A DNA stretch of 33,517 nt from Hydrurus foetidus. Lineage: Eukaryota. A program made the translations under genes and the position numbers. Positions 21,738 through 33,517 of the stretch are shown here, one piece after another; position 1 is the stretch's first letter; the number at the start of each line of letters is the position of its first letter. The notes beneath the pieces were generated by a model. The model ran no database searches and was not told where the DNA came from. It saw only the letters and a list, made by a program, of their open reading frames with translations. The DNA lies in contig UYFQ01000173.1 in assembly GCA_900617105.1 (NCBI GenBank), positions 62,001-95,517 on the forward strand. The letters are read 5' to 3'.

Positions 21738-24411
21738 ACACACCATGATTAAATTAAGTTTTAATTTCATGATGTTCAATACAGAAGAGACAAGGAAAAA
21801 CTTGGAAGTCGTACTTCACTATGATCCCTAGATACTAAAATGATAATAAGTAATACAAACCATAAATTGAATTCACGGCATGAGAAAGACATTGCTTTTC
21901 AGCACTCTCACTTTTACACGAGGTTTTAATTTTTGTCCATACATTTTTGCCCTTCATTATATTGCCCGTAATTTCCTCCCCAAAATTTTCTAGAACGTAC
22001 AGTAAATCCTGTAGAGCAGTGACTGAATTTCAGCCATTTTTGCGATACATCTCCTATCTTGTTTCATCTGTAAGTGACTCGTATATTAAACATTCAAGCA
22101 CACCACTCGCTATTGATGACGCTATTCTGTAAGTGATGAAATAAAATATGATCGATGTAAAATATGACGTGTACGCGTCTTCTATTCTCTGTGTATGATG
22201 GTTCCCTCTCGTTCCCCACCAAGTAATTGATTGAGCTCCCCCCTCTGCCTTACGCAGCTAACACAACAACTTTATAAATGTCTTGAACTCCCACTCAATA
22301 CAATGAAATACATTTTGTCGTGCGTGCTTAATTGAATTACCCCTGGCTTCCCCTCGTTACGAAATAGATTTTCATCATCGTGTGCAGTAATGTAAATATG
22401 ATTCCCAACTCTCCTGTTACGACACGACATTTTTTTCTTGGTGAGGAACTTCCCTAACTCGCTGCTTAATTTCGCAGAAAAAACTTGCCAACGAAATCGA
22501 CTCGACGAGCGAAAATTTTCATCACAACTGCCAAGGATTTGATTTAAGACATTCTGTCAACTCGCAGCGTACCTTTCTATTTACCTCTCGTGAGGCGATT
22601 CAGGGGACACGATCGTTTTGACATTTCACAAGAAAGATCGCGAAGTGAACAAACGGTTTTATTTAAATTAATTTCCGTCTGTATAAAATCTGTAATTCGC
22701 AAGTACAAGTGTTTAATGGCATAGACAACTAGAGCATTATAGGGTTTATAAATCGAGTGTAACAGGGGACACGCGATCAATCGTTGGGAGCCAACATGTG
22801 GGCAAGGCACCCACTTGCTGGGAATCAGAAATGACTAAAATCATTTCTACCCTCAAAAAAGTAGGACGTCACAATGAGGTGCATTGGAAATAACGAAAAT
22901 TATAAAGATAAATTTCTAGTGAAGATCTATGACTGTGAACTATCTAGGGTAAAATCACGGCAAAGTAGACATCACGTTAAACATCGAACATAGAAGAGTA
23001 ATCATATTAAAAAAATGTAAATTTGCCCTAATTGAAGACAATTCATACGATAGCAACCGTGTAAGTGTAAGTGTTCTATCTCGGAGTATGAGAGTCAGTT
23101 CTACTTATTCTATCTAAATGTCTAGGATTTATTGAGTAGTAAAAGTGAGGAGAGAGAAAGAAAAGAAGGGAGAAGAAGAGATAGTATGTCGCAGGAAAGG
23201 ATCGAGAAGGAAGAAAAAAGGGGAGGAATTGTTTAGGTTGGTGAGAGACCTGCAAAGCAGTAAGGTCTTCTTGTTTACAAAAAACAAGAGGGGCTCTTGG
23301 ATTAAATCATGATCTGTCCGTTATTCATCACAGTAACGAGATCTGGAATGAGATCAGCTTCGTTAGTATGATCGTGTCTGGACTGCACTGGAGAGAACTT
23401 ACTCTGTTTCCAGTGAACACAGTACAAGGCAATAATGCATATAAAGACGACAAGCAATGCCCCGATAGTGCCGCCAGCGATTGATCCAATGTTGACGCTC
23501 GATTGATTAGACGAATCTGTCGACATTGAAATGCAGCACTTAGTTTCCTAGATTCAGAGATAAAGATACAGATACAGCTACAGCTACAGATAATGTGGCC
23601 TGTGATCGTACCTCGTGTTTTGGTAGGGATCTCGAGAGATGAAACAGGTGCGCTCGTGGGAGTTGCGTCAGTGATCGACACAGATGTGGCGCTGTCGATA
23701 GGCAGGCCAGATTTCTTGCGCAGCAAAGCGACAAAGGCGCCGCTTGACATAGCCTGCTGCAGCTTACTGATGATGCTGGAACTAGACATGTCGCTGACTA
23801 TGCGGACAGTGTAGAGCATACTCACGGTGGCAAGGAGAGATCGCCTGTTGCCGATGACCACATCTCCTGTGACATTTCCAGGCGGCAAGCCAAGCACCTC
23901 TGACACGCTTTCTATCACTGCTGTCGAGAATGATGCAGTTGATGCTTCGGGTTGCGTTACTCCGGACAGCACCTGTAGAGTCGCCACAAAGCAGAAGGAA
24001 GAAGGGGAGGTAAACGAATAGGAGATGAAATGAGAGAAAGAAGAGGAGGTAGGATAAAGAGAAAAAGAGGAGAAAAGATGTGATACAATAAGAGAAATGA
24101 CGAAGAGAAGAAAGCAGAGAAGAGGAGGTGAGGGAAGAAAAGAAGAGAGGACAAAAGAAGAGAAAACAAGAAATTACAAATCTGTAGTAGAGCTATGCAA
24201 TTCTCGAAAGAGTCTTGCCACTCGCCCACTCACCCACTCACCTGAAAAGCTGATATCGTTGTCACTCTCCCAGGAATGAAATTTGATGGGACGATGGTAC
24301 CTACAGTAGCGAAATCATTAAGGGACTATGATATAAGGACAACGAGATAGACAAAATCAAATCTGATGGTGTTTTTGTTGTCATTTTACCTGATGGTGAC
24401 GATGATGGTAC
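20580..24411. repeat. Large inverted duplication: arms ~20580-21620 and ~23385-24411, unique spacer ~1.75 kb, with homology continuing into the shared repeat units
   Basis: ORFs 21022+/23987-, 20780+/24229- and 21477+/23526- are mirror translations. Confidence 0.93.
20752..20789 (+). repeat. (GAGT)n microsatellite at the intron-3 donor
   Basis: GTGAGTGAGTGAGTGAGTGAGTGGGTGAGTGGGCGAGT; 16 nt longer than the equivalent in the paralog (24241-24220). Confidence 0.85.
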
Positions 24412-27400
24412 ACGGGTTGGACAGCTGCTGGGTTCAGAAGTAGGTATCACAGTTGGCATCTGTGACGGCACCATACTGGGGCAGCTGCTGGGTCGTGACG
24501 TCGGCGATAGCGTGGGCGTTGACGTAGGTATCATAGTTGGCATGTCTGACGGCACCATACTGGGACAGCTGCTGGGTCGTGACGTCGGCGATAGCGTGGG
24601 CGATAGCGTGGGCGTTGAGGTAGGTATCATAGTTGGCATGTCTGACGGCACCATACTGGGACAGCTGCTGGGTCGTGACGTCGGCGATAGCGTGGGCGTT
24701 GACGTAGGTATCATAGTTGGCATGTCTGACGGCACCATACTGGGACAGCTGCTGGGTCGTGACGTCGGCGATAGCGTGGGCGTTGACGTAGGTATCATAG
24801 TTGGCATGTCTGACGGCACCATACTGGGACAGCTGCTGGGTCGTGACGTCGGCGATAGCGTGGGCGATAGCGTGGGCGTTGACGTAGGTATCATAGTTGG
24901 CATGTCTGACGGCACCATACTGGGACAGCTGCTGGGTCGTGACGTCGGCGATAGCGTGGGCGTTGACGTAGGTATCATAGTTGGCATGTCTGACGGCGCC
25001 ATACTGGGACAGCTGCTGGGTCGTGACGTCGACGATAGCGTGGGCGTCGACGTAGGTATCATGGTAGGCATCTGTGACGGCGCCATACTAGGTTCACACG
25101 TAGGTATCATGGTAGGCATCTGTGACGGCGCCATACTAGGTTCACACGTAGGTATCATGGTAGGCATCTGTGACGGCGCCATACTAGGTTCACACGTAGG
25201 TATCATGGTAGGCATCTGTGACGGCGCCATACTAGGTTCACACGTAGGTATCATGGTAGGCATCTGTGACGGCGCCATACTAGGTTCACACGTAGGTATC
25301 ATGGTAGGCATCTGTGACGGCGCCATACTAGGTTCACACGTAGGTATCATGGTAGGCATCTGTGACGGCGCCATACTAGGTTCACACGTAGGTATCATGG
25401 TAGGCATCTGTGACGGCGCCATACTAGGTTCACACGTAGGTATCATGGTAGGCATCTGTGACGGCGCCATACTAGGTTCACACGTAGGTATCATGGTAGG
25501 CATCTGTGACGGCGCCATACTAGGTTCACACGTAGGTATCATGGTAGGCATCTGTGACGGCGCCATACTAGGTTCACACGTAGGTATCATGGTAGGCATC
25601 TGTGACGGCGCCATACTAGGTTCACACGTAGGTATCATGGTAGGCATCTGTGACGGCGCCATACTAGGTTCACACGTAGGTATCATGGTAGGCATCTGTG
25701 ACGGCGCCATACTAGGTTCACACGTAGGTATCATGGTAGGCATCTGTGACGGCGCCATACTAGGTTCACACGTAGGTATCATGGTAGGCATCTGTGACGG
25801 CGCCATACTAGGTTCACACGTAGGTATCATGGTAGGCATCTGTGACGGCGCCATACTAGGTTCACACGTAGGTATCATGGTAGGCATCTGTGACGGCGCC
25901 ATACTAGGTTCACACGTAGGTATCATGGTAGGCATCTGTGACGGCGCCATACTAGGTTCACACGTAGGTATCATGGTAGGCATCTGTGACGGCGCCATAC
26001 TAGGTTCACACGTAGGTATCATGGTAGGCATCTGTGACGGCGCCATACTAGGTTCACACGTAGGTATCATGGTAGGCATCTGTGACGGCGCCATACTAGG
26101 TTCACACGTAGGTATCATGGTAGGCATCTGTGACGGCGCCATACTAGGTTCACACGTAGGTATCATGGTAGGCATCTGTGACGGCGCCATACTAGGTTCA
26201 CACGTAGGTATCATGGTAGGCATCTGTGACGGCGCCATACTAGGTTCACACGTAGGTATCATGGTAGGCATCTGTGACGGCGCCATACTAGGTTCACACG
26301 TAGGTATCATGGTAGGCATCTGTGACGGCGCCATACTAGGTTCACACGTAGGTATCATGGTAGGCATCTGTGACGGCGCCATACTAGGTTCACACGTAGG
26401 TATCATGGTAGGCATCTGTGACGGCGCCATACTGGGACTGCTGACTGGTCGTGACGAAGGTGTCGCCATCGGTGGTACCGACGGTGTCGCTGACGGCGCC
26501 ATACTGGGACTGCTGACTGGTCGTGACGAAGGTATCGCCATCGGTGGTACCGACGGTGTCGCTGACGGCGCCATACTGGGACTGCTGACTGGTCGTGACG
26601 AAGGTGTCGCCATCGGTGGTACCGACGGTGTCGCTGACGGCGCCATACTGGGACTGCTGACTGGTCGTGACGAAGGCGTCGCCATCGGTGGTACCGACGG
26701 TGTCGCTGACGGCGCCATACTGGGACTGCTGACTGGTCGTGACGAAGGTATCGCCATCGGTGGTACCGACGGTGTCGCTGACGGCGCCATACTGGGACTG
26801 CTGACTGGTCGTGACGAAGGTATCGCCATCGGTGGTACCGACGGTGTCGCTGACGGCGCCATACTGGGACTGCTGACTGGTCGTGACGAAGGTATCGCCA
26901 TCGGTGGTACCGACGGTGTCGCTGACGGCGCCATACTGGGACAGCTGCTGGGTCGTGACGTCGGCGATAGCGTGGGCGTTGACGTAGGCGTTGACGCAGG
27001 TATCATAGTTGGCATGTCTGACGGCACCATACTGGGACAGCTGCTGGGTCGTGACGTCGGCGATAGCGTGGGCGTTGACGCAGGCGTTGACGCAGGTATC
27101 ATAGTTGGCATGTCTGACGGCACCATACTGGGACAGCTGCTGGGTCGTGACGTCGGCGATAGCGTGGGCGTTGACGCAGGCGTTGACGCAGGTATCATAG
27201 TTGGCATGTCTGACGGCACCATACTGGGACAGCTGCTGGGTCGTGACGTCGGCGATAGCGTGGGCGTTGACGCAGGCGTTGACGCAGGTATCATAGTTGG
27301 CATGTCTGACGGCACCATACTGGGACAGCTGCTGGGTCGTGACGTCGGCGATAGCGTGGGCGTTGACGCAGGCGTTGACGCAGGTATCATAGTTGGCATG

Positions 27401-30400
27401 TCTGACGGCACCATACTGGGACAGCTGCTGGGTCGTGACGTCGGCGATAGCGTGGGCGTTGACGTAGGCGTTGACGCAGGTATCATAGTTGGCATGTCTG
27501 ACGGCACCATACTGGGACAGCTGCTGGGTCGTGACGTCGGCGATAGCGTGGGCGTTGACGTAGGTATCATAGTTGGCATGTCTGACGGCACCATACTGGG
27601 ACAGCTGCTGGGTCGTGACGTCGGCGATAGCGTGGGCGTTGACGTAGGCGTTGACGCAGGTATCATAGTTGGCATGTCTGACGGCACCATACTGGGACAG
27701 CTGCTGGGTCGTGACGTCGGCGATAGCGTGGGCGTTGACGTAGGCGTTGACGCAGGTATCATAGTTGGCATGTCTGACGGCACCATACTGGGACAGCTGC
27801 TGGGTCGTGACGTCGGCGATAGCGTGGGCGTTGACGTAGGCGTTGACGCAGGTATCATAGTTGGCATGTCTGACGGCACCATACTGGGACAGCTGCTGGG
27901 TCGTGACGTCGGCGATAGCGTGGGCGTCGACGTAGGTATCATGGTAGGCATCTGTGCCGGCGCCATACTAGGTTCACACGTAGGTATCATGGTAGGCATC
28001 TGTGATGGCGCCATACTAGGTTCACACGTAGGTATCATGGTAGGCATCTGTGACGGCGCCATACTAGGTTCACACGTAGGTATCATGGTAGGCATCTGTG
28101 ACGGCGCCATACTAGGTTCACACGTAGGTATCATGGTAGGCATCTGTGACGGCGCCATACTAGGTTCACACGTAGGTATCATGGTAGGCATCTGTGACGG
28201 CGCCATACTAGGTTCACACGTAGGTATCATGGTAGGCATCTGTGACGGCGCCATACTAGGTTCACACGTAGGTATCATGGTAGGCATCTGTGACGGCGCC
28301 ATACTAGGTTCACACGTAGGTATCATGGTAGGCATCTGTGACGGCGCCATACTAGGTTCACACGTAGGTATCATGGTAGGCATCTGTGACGGCGCCATAC
28401 TAGGTTCACACGTAGGTATCATGGTAGGCATCTGTGACGGCGCCATACCAGGTTCACACGTAGGTATCATGGTAGGCATCTGTGACGGCGCCATACTAGG
28501 TTCACACGTAGGTATCATGGTAGGCATCTGTGACGGCGCCATACTAGGTTCACACGTAGGTATCATGGTAGGCATCTGTGACGGCGCCATACTAGGTTCA
28601 CACGTAGGTATCATGGTAGGCATCTGTGACGGCGCCATACTAGGTTCACACGTAGGTATCATGGTAGGCATCTGTGACGGCGCCATACTAGGTTCACACG
28701 TAGGTATCATGGTAGGCATCTGTGACGGCGCCATACCAGGTTCACACGTAGGTATCATGGTAGGCATCTGTGACGGCGCCATACTAGGTTCACACGTAGG
28801 TATCATGGTAGGCATCTGTGACGGCGCCATACTAGGTTCACACGTAGGTATCATGGTAGGCATCTGTGACGGCGCCATACTAGGTTCACACGTAGGTATC
28901 ATGGTAGGCATCTGTGACGGCGCCATACTAGGTTCACACGTAGGTATCATGGTAGGCATCTGTGACGGCGCCATACCAGGTTCACACGTAGGTATCATGG
29001 TAGGCATCTGTGACGGCGCCATACTAGGTTCACACGTAGGTATCATGGTAGGCATCTGTGACGGCGCCATACTAGGTTCACACGTAGGTATCATGGTAGG
29101 CATCTGTGACGGCGCCATACCAGGTTCACACGTAGGTATCATGGTAGGCATCTGTGACGGCGCCATACTAGGTTCACACGTAGGTATCATGGTAGGCATC
29201 TGTGACGGCGCCATACTAGGTTCACACGTAGGTATCATGGTAGGCATCTGTGACGGCGCCATACTAGGTTCACACGTAGGTATCATGGTAGGCATCTGTG
29301 ACGGCGCCATACTAGGTTCACACGTAGGTATCATGGTAGGCATCTGTGACGGCGCCATACTAGGTTCACACGTAGGTATCATGGTAGGCATCTGTGACGG
29401 CGCCATACTAGGTTCACACGTAGGTATCATGGTAGGCATCTGTGACGGCGCCATACTAGGTTCACACGTAGGTATCATGGTAGGCATCTGTGACGGCGCC
29501 ATACTAGGTTCACACGTAGGTATCATGGTAGGCATCTGTGACGGCGCCATACTAGGTTCACACGTAGGTATCATGGTAGGCATCTGTGACGGCGCCATAC
29601 TAGGTTCACACGTAGGTATCATGGTAGGCATCTGTGACGGCGCCATACTAGGTTCACACGTAGGTATCATGGTAGGCATCTGTGACGGCGCCATACTAGG
29701 TTCACACGTAGGTATCATGGTAGGCATCTGTGACGGCGCCATACTAGGTTCACACGTAGGTATCATGGTAGGCATCTGTGACGGCGCCATACTAGGTTCA
29801 CACGTAGGTATCATGGTAGGCATCTCTGACGGCGCCATACTAGGTTCACACGTAGGTATCATGGTAGGCATCTGTGACGGCGCCATACTAGGTTCACACG
29901 TAGGTATCATGGTAGGCATCTGTGACGGCGCCATACTAGGTTCACACGTAGGTATCATGGTAGGCATCTGTGACGGCGCCATACTAGGTTCACACGTAGG
30001 TATCATGGTAGGCATCTGTGACGGCGCCATACTAGGTTCACACGTAGGTATCATGGTAGGCATCTGTGACGGCGCCATACTAGGTTCACACGTAGGTATC
30101 ATGGTAGGCATCTGTGACGGCGCCATACTAGGTTCACACGTAGGTATCATGGTAGGCATCTGTGACGGCGCCATACTAGGTTCACACGTAGGTATCATGG
30201 TAGGCATCTGTGACGGCGCCATACTAGGTTCACACGTAGGTATCATGGTAGGCATCTGTGACGGCGCCATACTAGGTTCACACGTAGGTATCATGGTAGG
30301 CATCTGTGACGGCGCCATACTAGGTTCACACGTAGGTATCATGGTAGGCATCTGTGACGGCGCCATACTAGGTTCACACGTAGGTATCATGGTAGGCATC

Positions 30401-33400
30401 TGTGACGGCGCCATACTAGGTTCACACGTAGGTATCATGGTAGGCATCTGTGACGGCGCCATACTAGGTTCACACGTAGGTATCATGGTAGGCATCTGTG
30501 ACGGCGCCATACTAGGTTCACACGTAGGTATCATGGTAGGCATCTGTGACGGCGCCATACTAGGTTCACACGTAGGTATCATGGTAGGCATCTGTGACGG
30601 CGCCATACTAGGTTCACACGTAGGTATCATGGTAGGCATCTGTGACGGCGCCATACTAGGTTCACACGTAGGTATCATGGTAGGCATCTGTGACGGCGCC
30701 ATACTAGGTTCACACGTAGGTATCATGGTAGGCATCTGTGACGGCGCCATACTAGGTTCACACGTAGGTATCATGGTAGGCATCTGTGACGGCGCCATAC
30801 TAGGTTCACACGTAGGTATCATGGTAGGCATCTGTGACGGCGCCATACTAGGTTCACACGTAGGTATCATGGTAGGCATCTGTGACGGCGCCATACTAGG
30901 TTCACACGTAGGTATCATGGTAGGCATCTGTGACGGCGCCATACTAGGTTCACACGTAGGTATCATGGTAGGCATGTGTGACGGCGCCATACTAGGTTCA
31001 CACGTAGGTATCATGGTAGGCATCTGTGACGGCGCCATACTAGGTTCACACGTAGGTATCATGGTAGGCATCTGTGACGGCGCCATACTAGGTTCACACG
31101 TAGGTATCATGGTAGGCATCTGTGACGGCGCCATACTAGGTTCACACGTAGGTATCATGGTTGGCATGTCTGACGGCGCCATACTAGGTTCACACGTAGG
31201 TATCATGGTAGGCATCTGTGACGGCGCCATACTAGGTTCACACGTAGGTATCATGGTAGGCATCTCTGACGGCGCCATACTAGGTTCACACGTAGGTATC
31301 ATGGTAGGCATCTGTGACGGCGCCATACTAGGTTCACACGCAGGTATCATGGTAGGCATGTCTGACGGCGCCATACTAGGTTCACACGTAGGTATCATGG
31401 TAGGCATCTGTGACGGCGCCATACTAGGTTCACACGTAGGTATCATGGTAGGCATCTGTGACGGCGCCATACTAGGTTCACACGTAGGTATCATGGTAGG
31501 CATCTGTGACGGCGCCATACTAGGTTCACACGTAGGTATCATGGTAGGCATCTGTGACGGCGCCATACCAGGTTCACACGTAGGTATCATGGTAGGCATC
31601 TCTGACGGCGCCATACTAGGGACACGTAGGTATCATGGTAGGCATCTGTGACGGCGCCATACAGGGTTGACGTAGGTATCATGGTTGGCATGTCTGACGG
31701 CGCCATACTGGGACAGCTGCTGGGTCGTGGTCGGCATCTCTGACGGCGCCATACTAGGTTCACACGCAGGTATCATGGTTGGCATCGTGACGGCGCCATA
31801 CCTGGTTGACACGCTAGGTATCATGGTCGGCATCTGTGACGGCGCCATACTGGTTCACACGCAGGTATCATGGTTGGCATCTCTGACGGCGCCATACTGG
31901 TTCACACGTAGGTATCATGGTAGGCATCTGTGACGGCGCCATACCAGGTTGACGCAGGTATCATGGTTGGCATGTCTGACGGCGCCATACCAGGTTCACA
32001 CGTTGGTATCGTGACGTACGTGCGAAGCCTAGTATGGCGCCATACTAGGTTGACGTAGGTATCATAGTTGGCATGTGTGACGGCGCCATACTGGGACACT
32101 GCTGGGTCATGGTCGGCATCTGTGACGGCGCCATACTAGGTTCACACGTAGGTATCATAGTAGGCATGTGTGACGGCGCCATACCAGGTTCACACGTAGG
32201 TATCATCGTAGGCATCGTGACGGCGCCATACTAGCGTTGACACGCAGGTATCATAGTTGGCATGTCTGACGGCACCATACTGGGACACGCTGGGTCATGG
32301 TCGGCATCTGTGACGGCGCCATACCAGGTTGACGCAGGTATCATGGTTGGCATGTCTGACGGCGCCATACTAGGTTCACACGCTAGGTATCATGGTCGGC
32401 ATCTGTGACGGCGCCATACCAGGTTGACGCAGGTATCATAGTTGGCATGTCTGACGGCGCCATACTGGGACACGTGGGTCGTGACGTCGGCGATCTGTGA
32501 CGGCGCCATACCAGGTTGACGTAGGTATCATAGTTGGCATGTCTGACGGCGCCATACTGGGACACGTAGGTATCATGGTCGGCATCGTGACGGCGCCATA
32601 CTAGGTTCACACGTAGGTATCAGGGTAGGCATCTGTGACGGCGCCATACCAGGTTCACACGTAGGTATCATGGTAGGCATCTGTGACGGCGCCATACTGG
32701 TTCACACGTAGGTATCATAGTAGGCATCTGTGACGGCGCCATACCAGGTTCACGTAGGTATCATGGTTGGCATCTGTGACGGCGCCATACCAGGTTCACA
32801 CGTAGGTATCATGGTAGGCATCTGTGACGGCGCCATACCAGGTTCACACGTAGGTATCATGGTAGGCATGTCTGACGGCGCCATACTAGGTTCACTGTAG
32901 GTATCATGGTAGGCATCTGTGACGGCGCCATACTAGGTTCACACGTAGGTATCATGGTTGGCATGTCTGACGGCGCCATACTAGGTTCACACGCAGGTAT
33001 CATGGTCGGCATGTGTGACGGCGCCATACCAGGTTCACACGTAGGTATCATGGTAGGCATCTGTGACGGCGCCATACTAGGTTCACATGCTAGGCATCAT
33101 GGTAGGCATGCTGTGACGGCGCCATACCAGCGTTCACACGTAGGTATCATGGTTGGCATGTCTGACGGCGCCATACTAGGTTCACACGTAGGTATCATGG
33201 TAGGCATCTGTGACGGCGCCATACTAGGTTCACACGTAGGTATCATAGTTGGCATGTGTGACGGCGCCATACTAGGTTCACACGTAGGTATCATGGTAGG
33301 CATCTGTGACGGCGCCATACTAGGTTCACACGTAGGTATCATGGTTGGCATGTGTGACGGCGCCATACTAGGTTCACACGTAGGTATCATGGTTGGCATC

Positions 33401-33517
33401 TGTGACGGCGCCATACCAGGTTCACACGTAGGTATCAGGGTAGGCATGTGTGACGGCGCCATACTGGTTGACACGTAGGTATCATGGTAGGCATCTGTGA
33501 CGGCGCCATACCAGGTT
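23302..33517 (-). CDS. Convergent paralog, 3' part: mucin-like repeat stalk, SEA-like domain, TM and tail; exons >33517-24390, 24300-24242, 23972-23612, 23516-23302; N-terminus outside the window
   Basis: Same exon sizes (59 and 361 nt) and splice sites as the + gene; 2437-aa uninterrupted repeat ORF (31614-24301); TM segment IAGGTIGALLVVFICIIALYC. Confidence 0.85.
24440..33517 (-). repeat. Mosaic coding minisatellite: 84/96-bp block (~24460-25055), 48-bp TCEPSMAPSQMPTMIP block (~25056-26430, ~29 copies), 72-bp SRPVSSPSMAPSATPSVPPMA[IT]PS block (~26431-26934, 7 copies), 96/84-bp block (~26935-27935), 48-bp block (~27936 to end, degraded after ~31620)
   Basis: Direct reading of the DNA and of the 2437-aa translation. 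Confidence 0.95.

Noticed and set aside
22601..22773. 11-bp direct repeat CAGGGGACACG, 162 bp apart, in the spacer between the paralogs
   Set aside because: No TIRs, TSD logic or coding signal; too little to call an element or a recombination site.
10523..31651. Very long antisense ORFs (GDSVGVDVG…/GSHVGIMVGICDG…, up to 2379 aa)
   Set aside because: Shadow frames of stop-free tandem units. They have no signal peptide, domain or splice context, whereas the Pro/Ser/Thr strand is in frame with flanking exons.
10587..33517. CRISPR-like or satellite appearance of the arrays
   Set aside because: No unique spacers and no cas genes; unit lengths are multiples of 3 and lie within spliced eukaryotic coding exons.

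Overview
Eukaryotic genomic DNA with GT-AG introns of about 70-290 nt. The Copia lineage and transposase type suggest a stramenopile or protist host (inference). Bases 1-8307 are a stack of three transposable elements: a partial intron-containing Tc1/mariner-like DDE transposase element, a 446-bp hAT-like MITE, and a young full-length Ty1/Copia (CoDi-like) LTR retrotransposon on the minus strand. The Copia element has near-identical LTRs and a CCCAG target-site duplication and sits in the last 5 bp of the MITE. It has no tRNA-type PBS. Instead, the 11 nt next to the 5' LTR are perfectly complementary to an 11-nt stretch inside the LTR that follows an initiator-like motif. This is the architecture of Tf1-type self-primed reverse transcription, which I know only from Ty3/gypsy elements. 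Bases 8486-21737 (+) hold a five-exon gene for a giant type-I membrane protein: signal peptide, sedolisin/TPP1-like S53 protease, a ~10-kb Pro/Ser/Thr/Met/Cys tandem-repeat stalk, a SEA-like domain, one TM helix and a short tail. Bases 23302-33517 (-) hold the 3' part of a convergent paralog with a mosaic repeat stalk and a near-identical, probably gene-converted tract. Frameshifts inside the arrays look like consensus artefacts.
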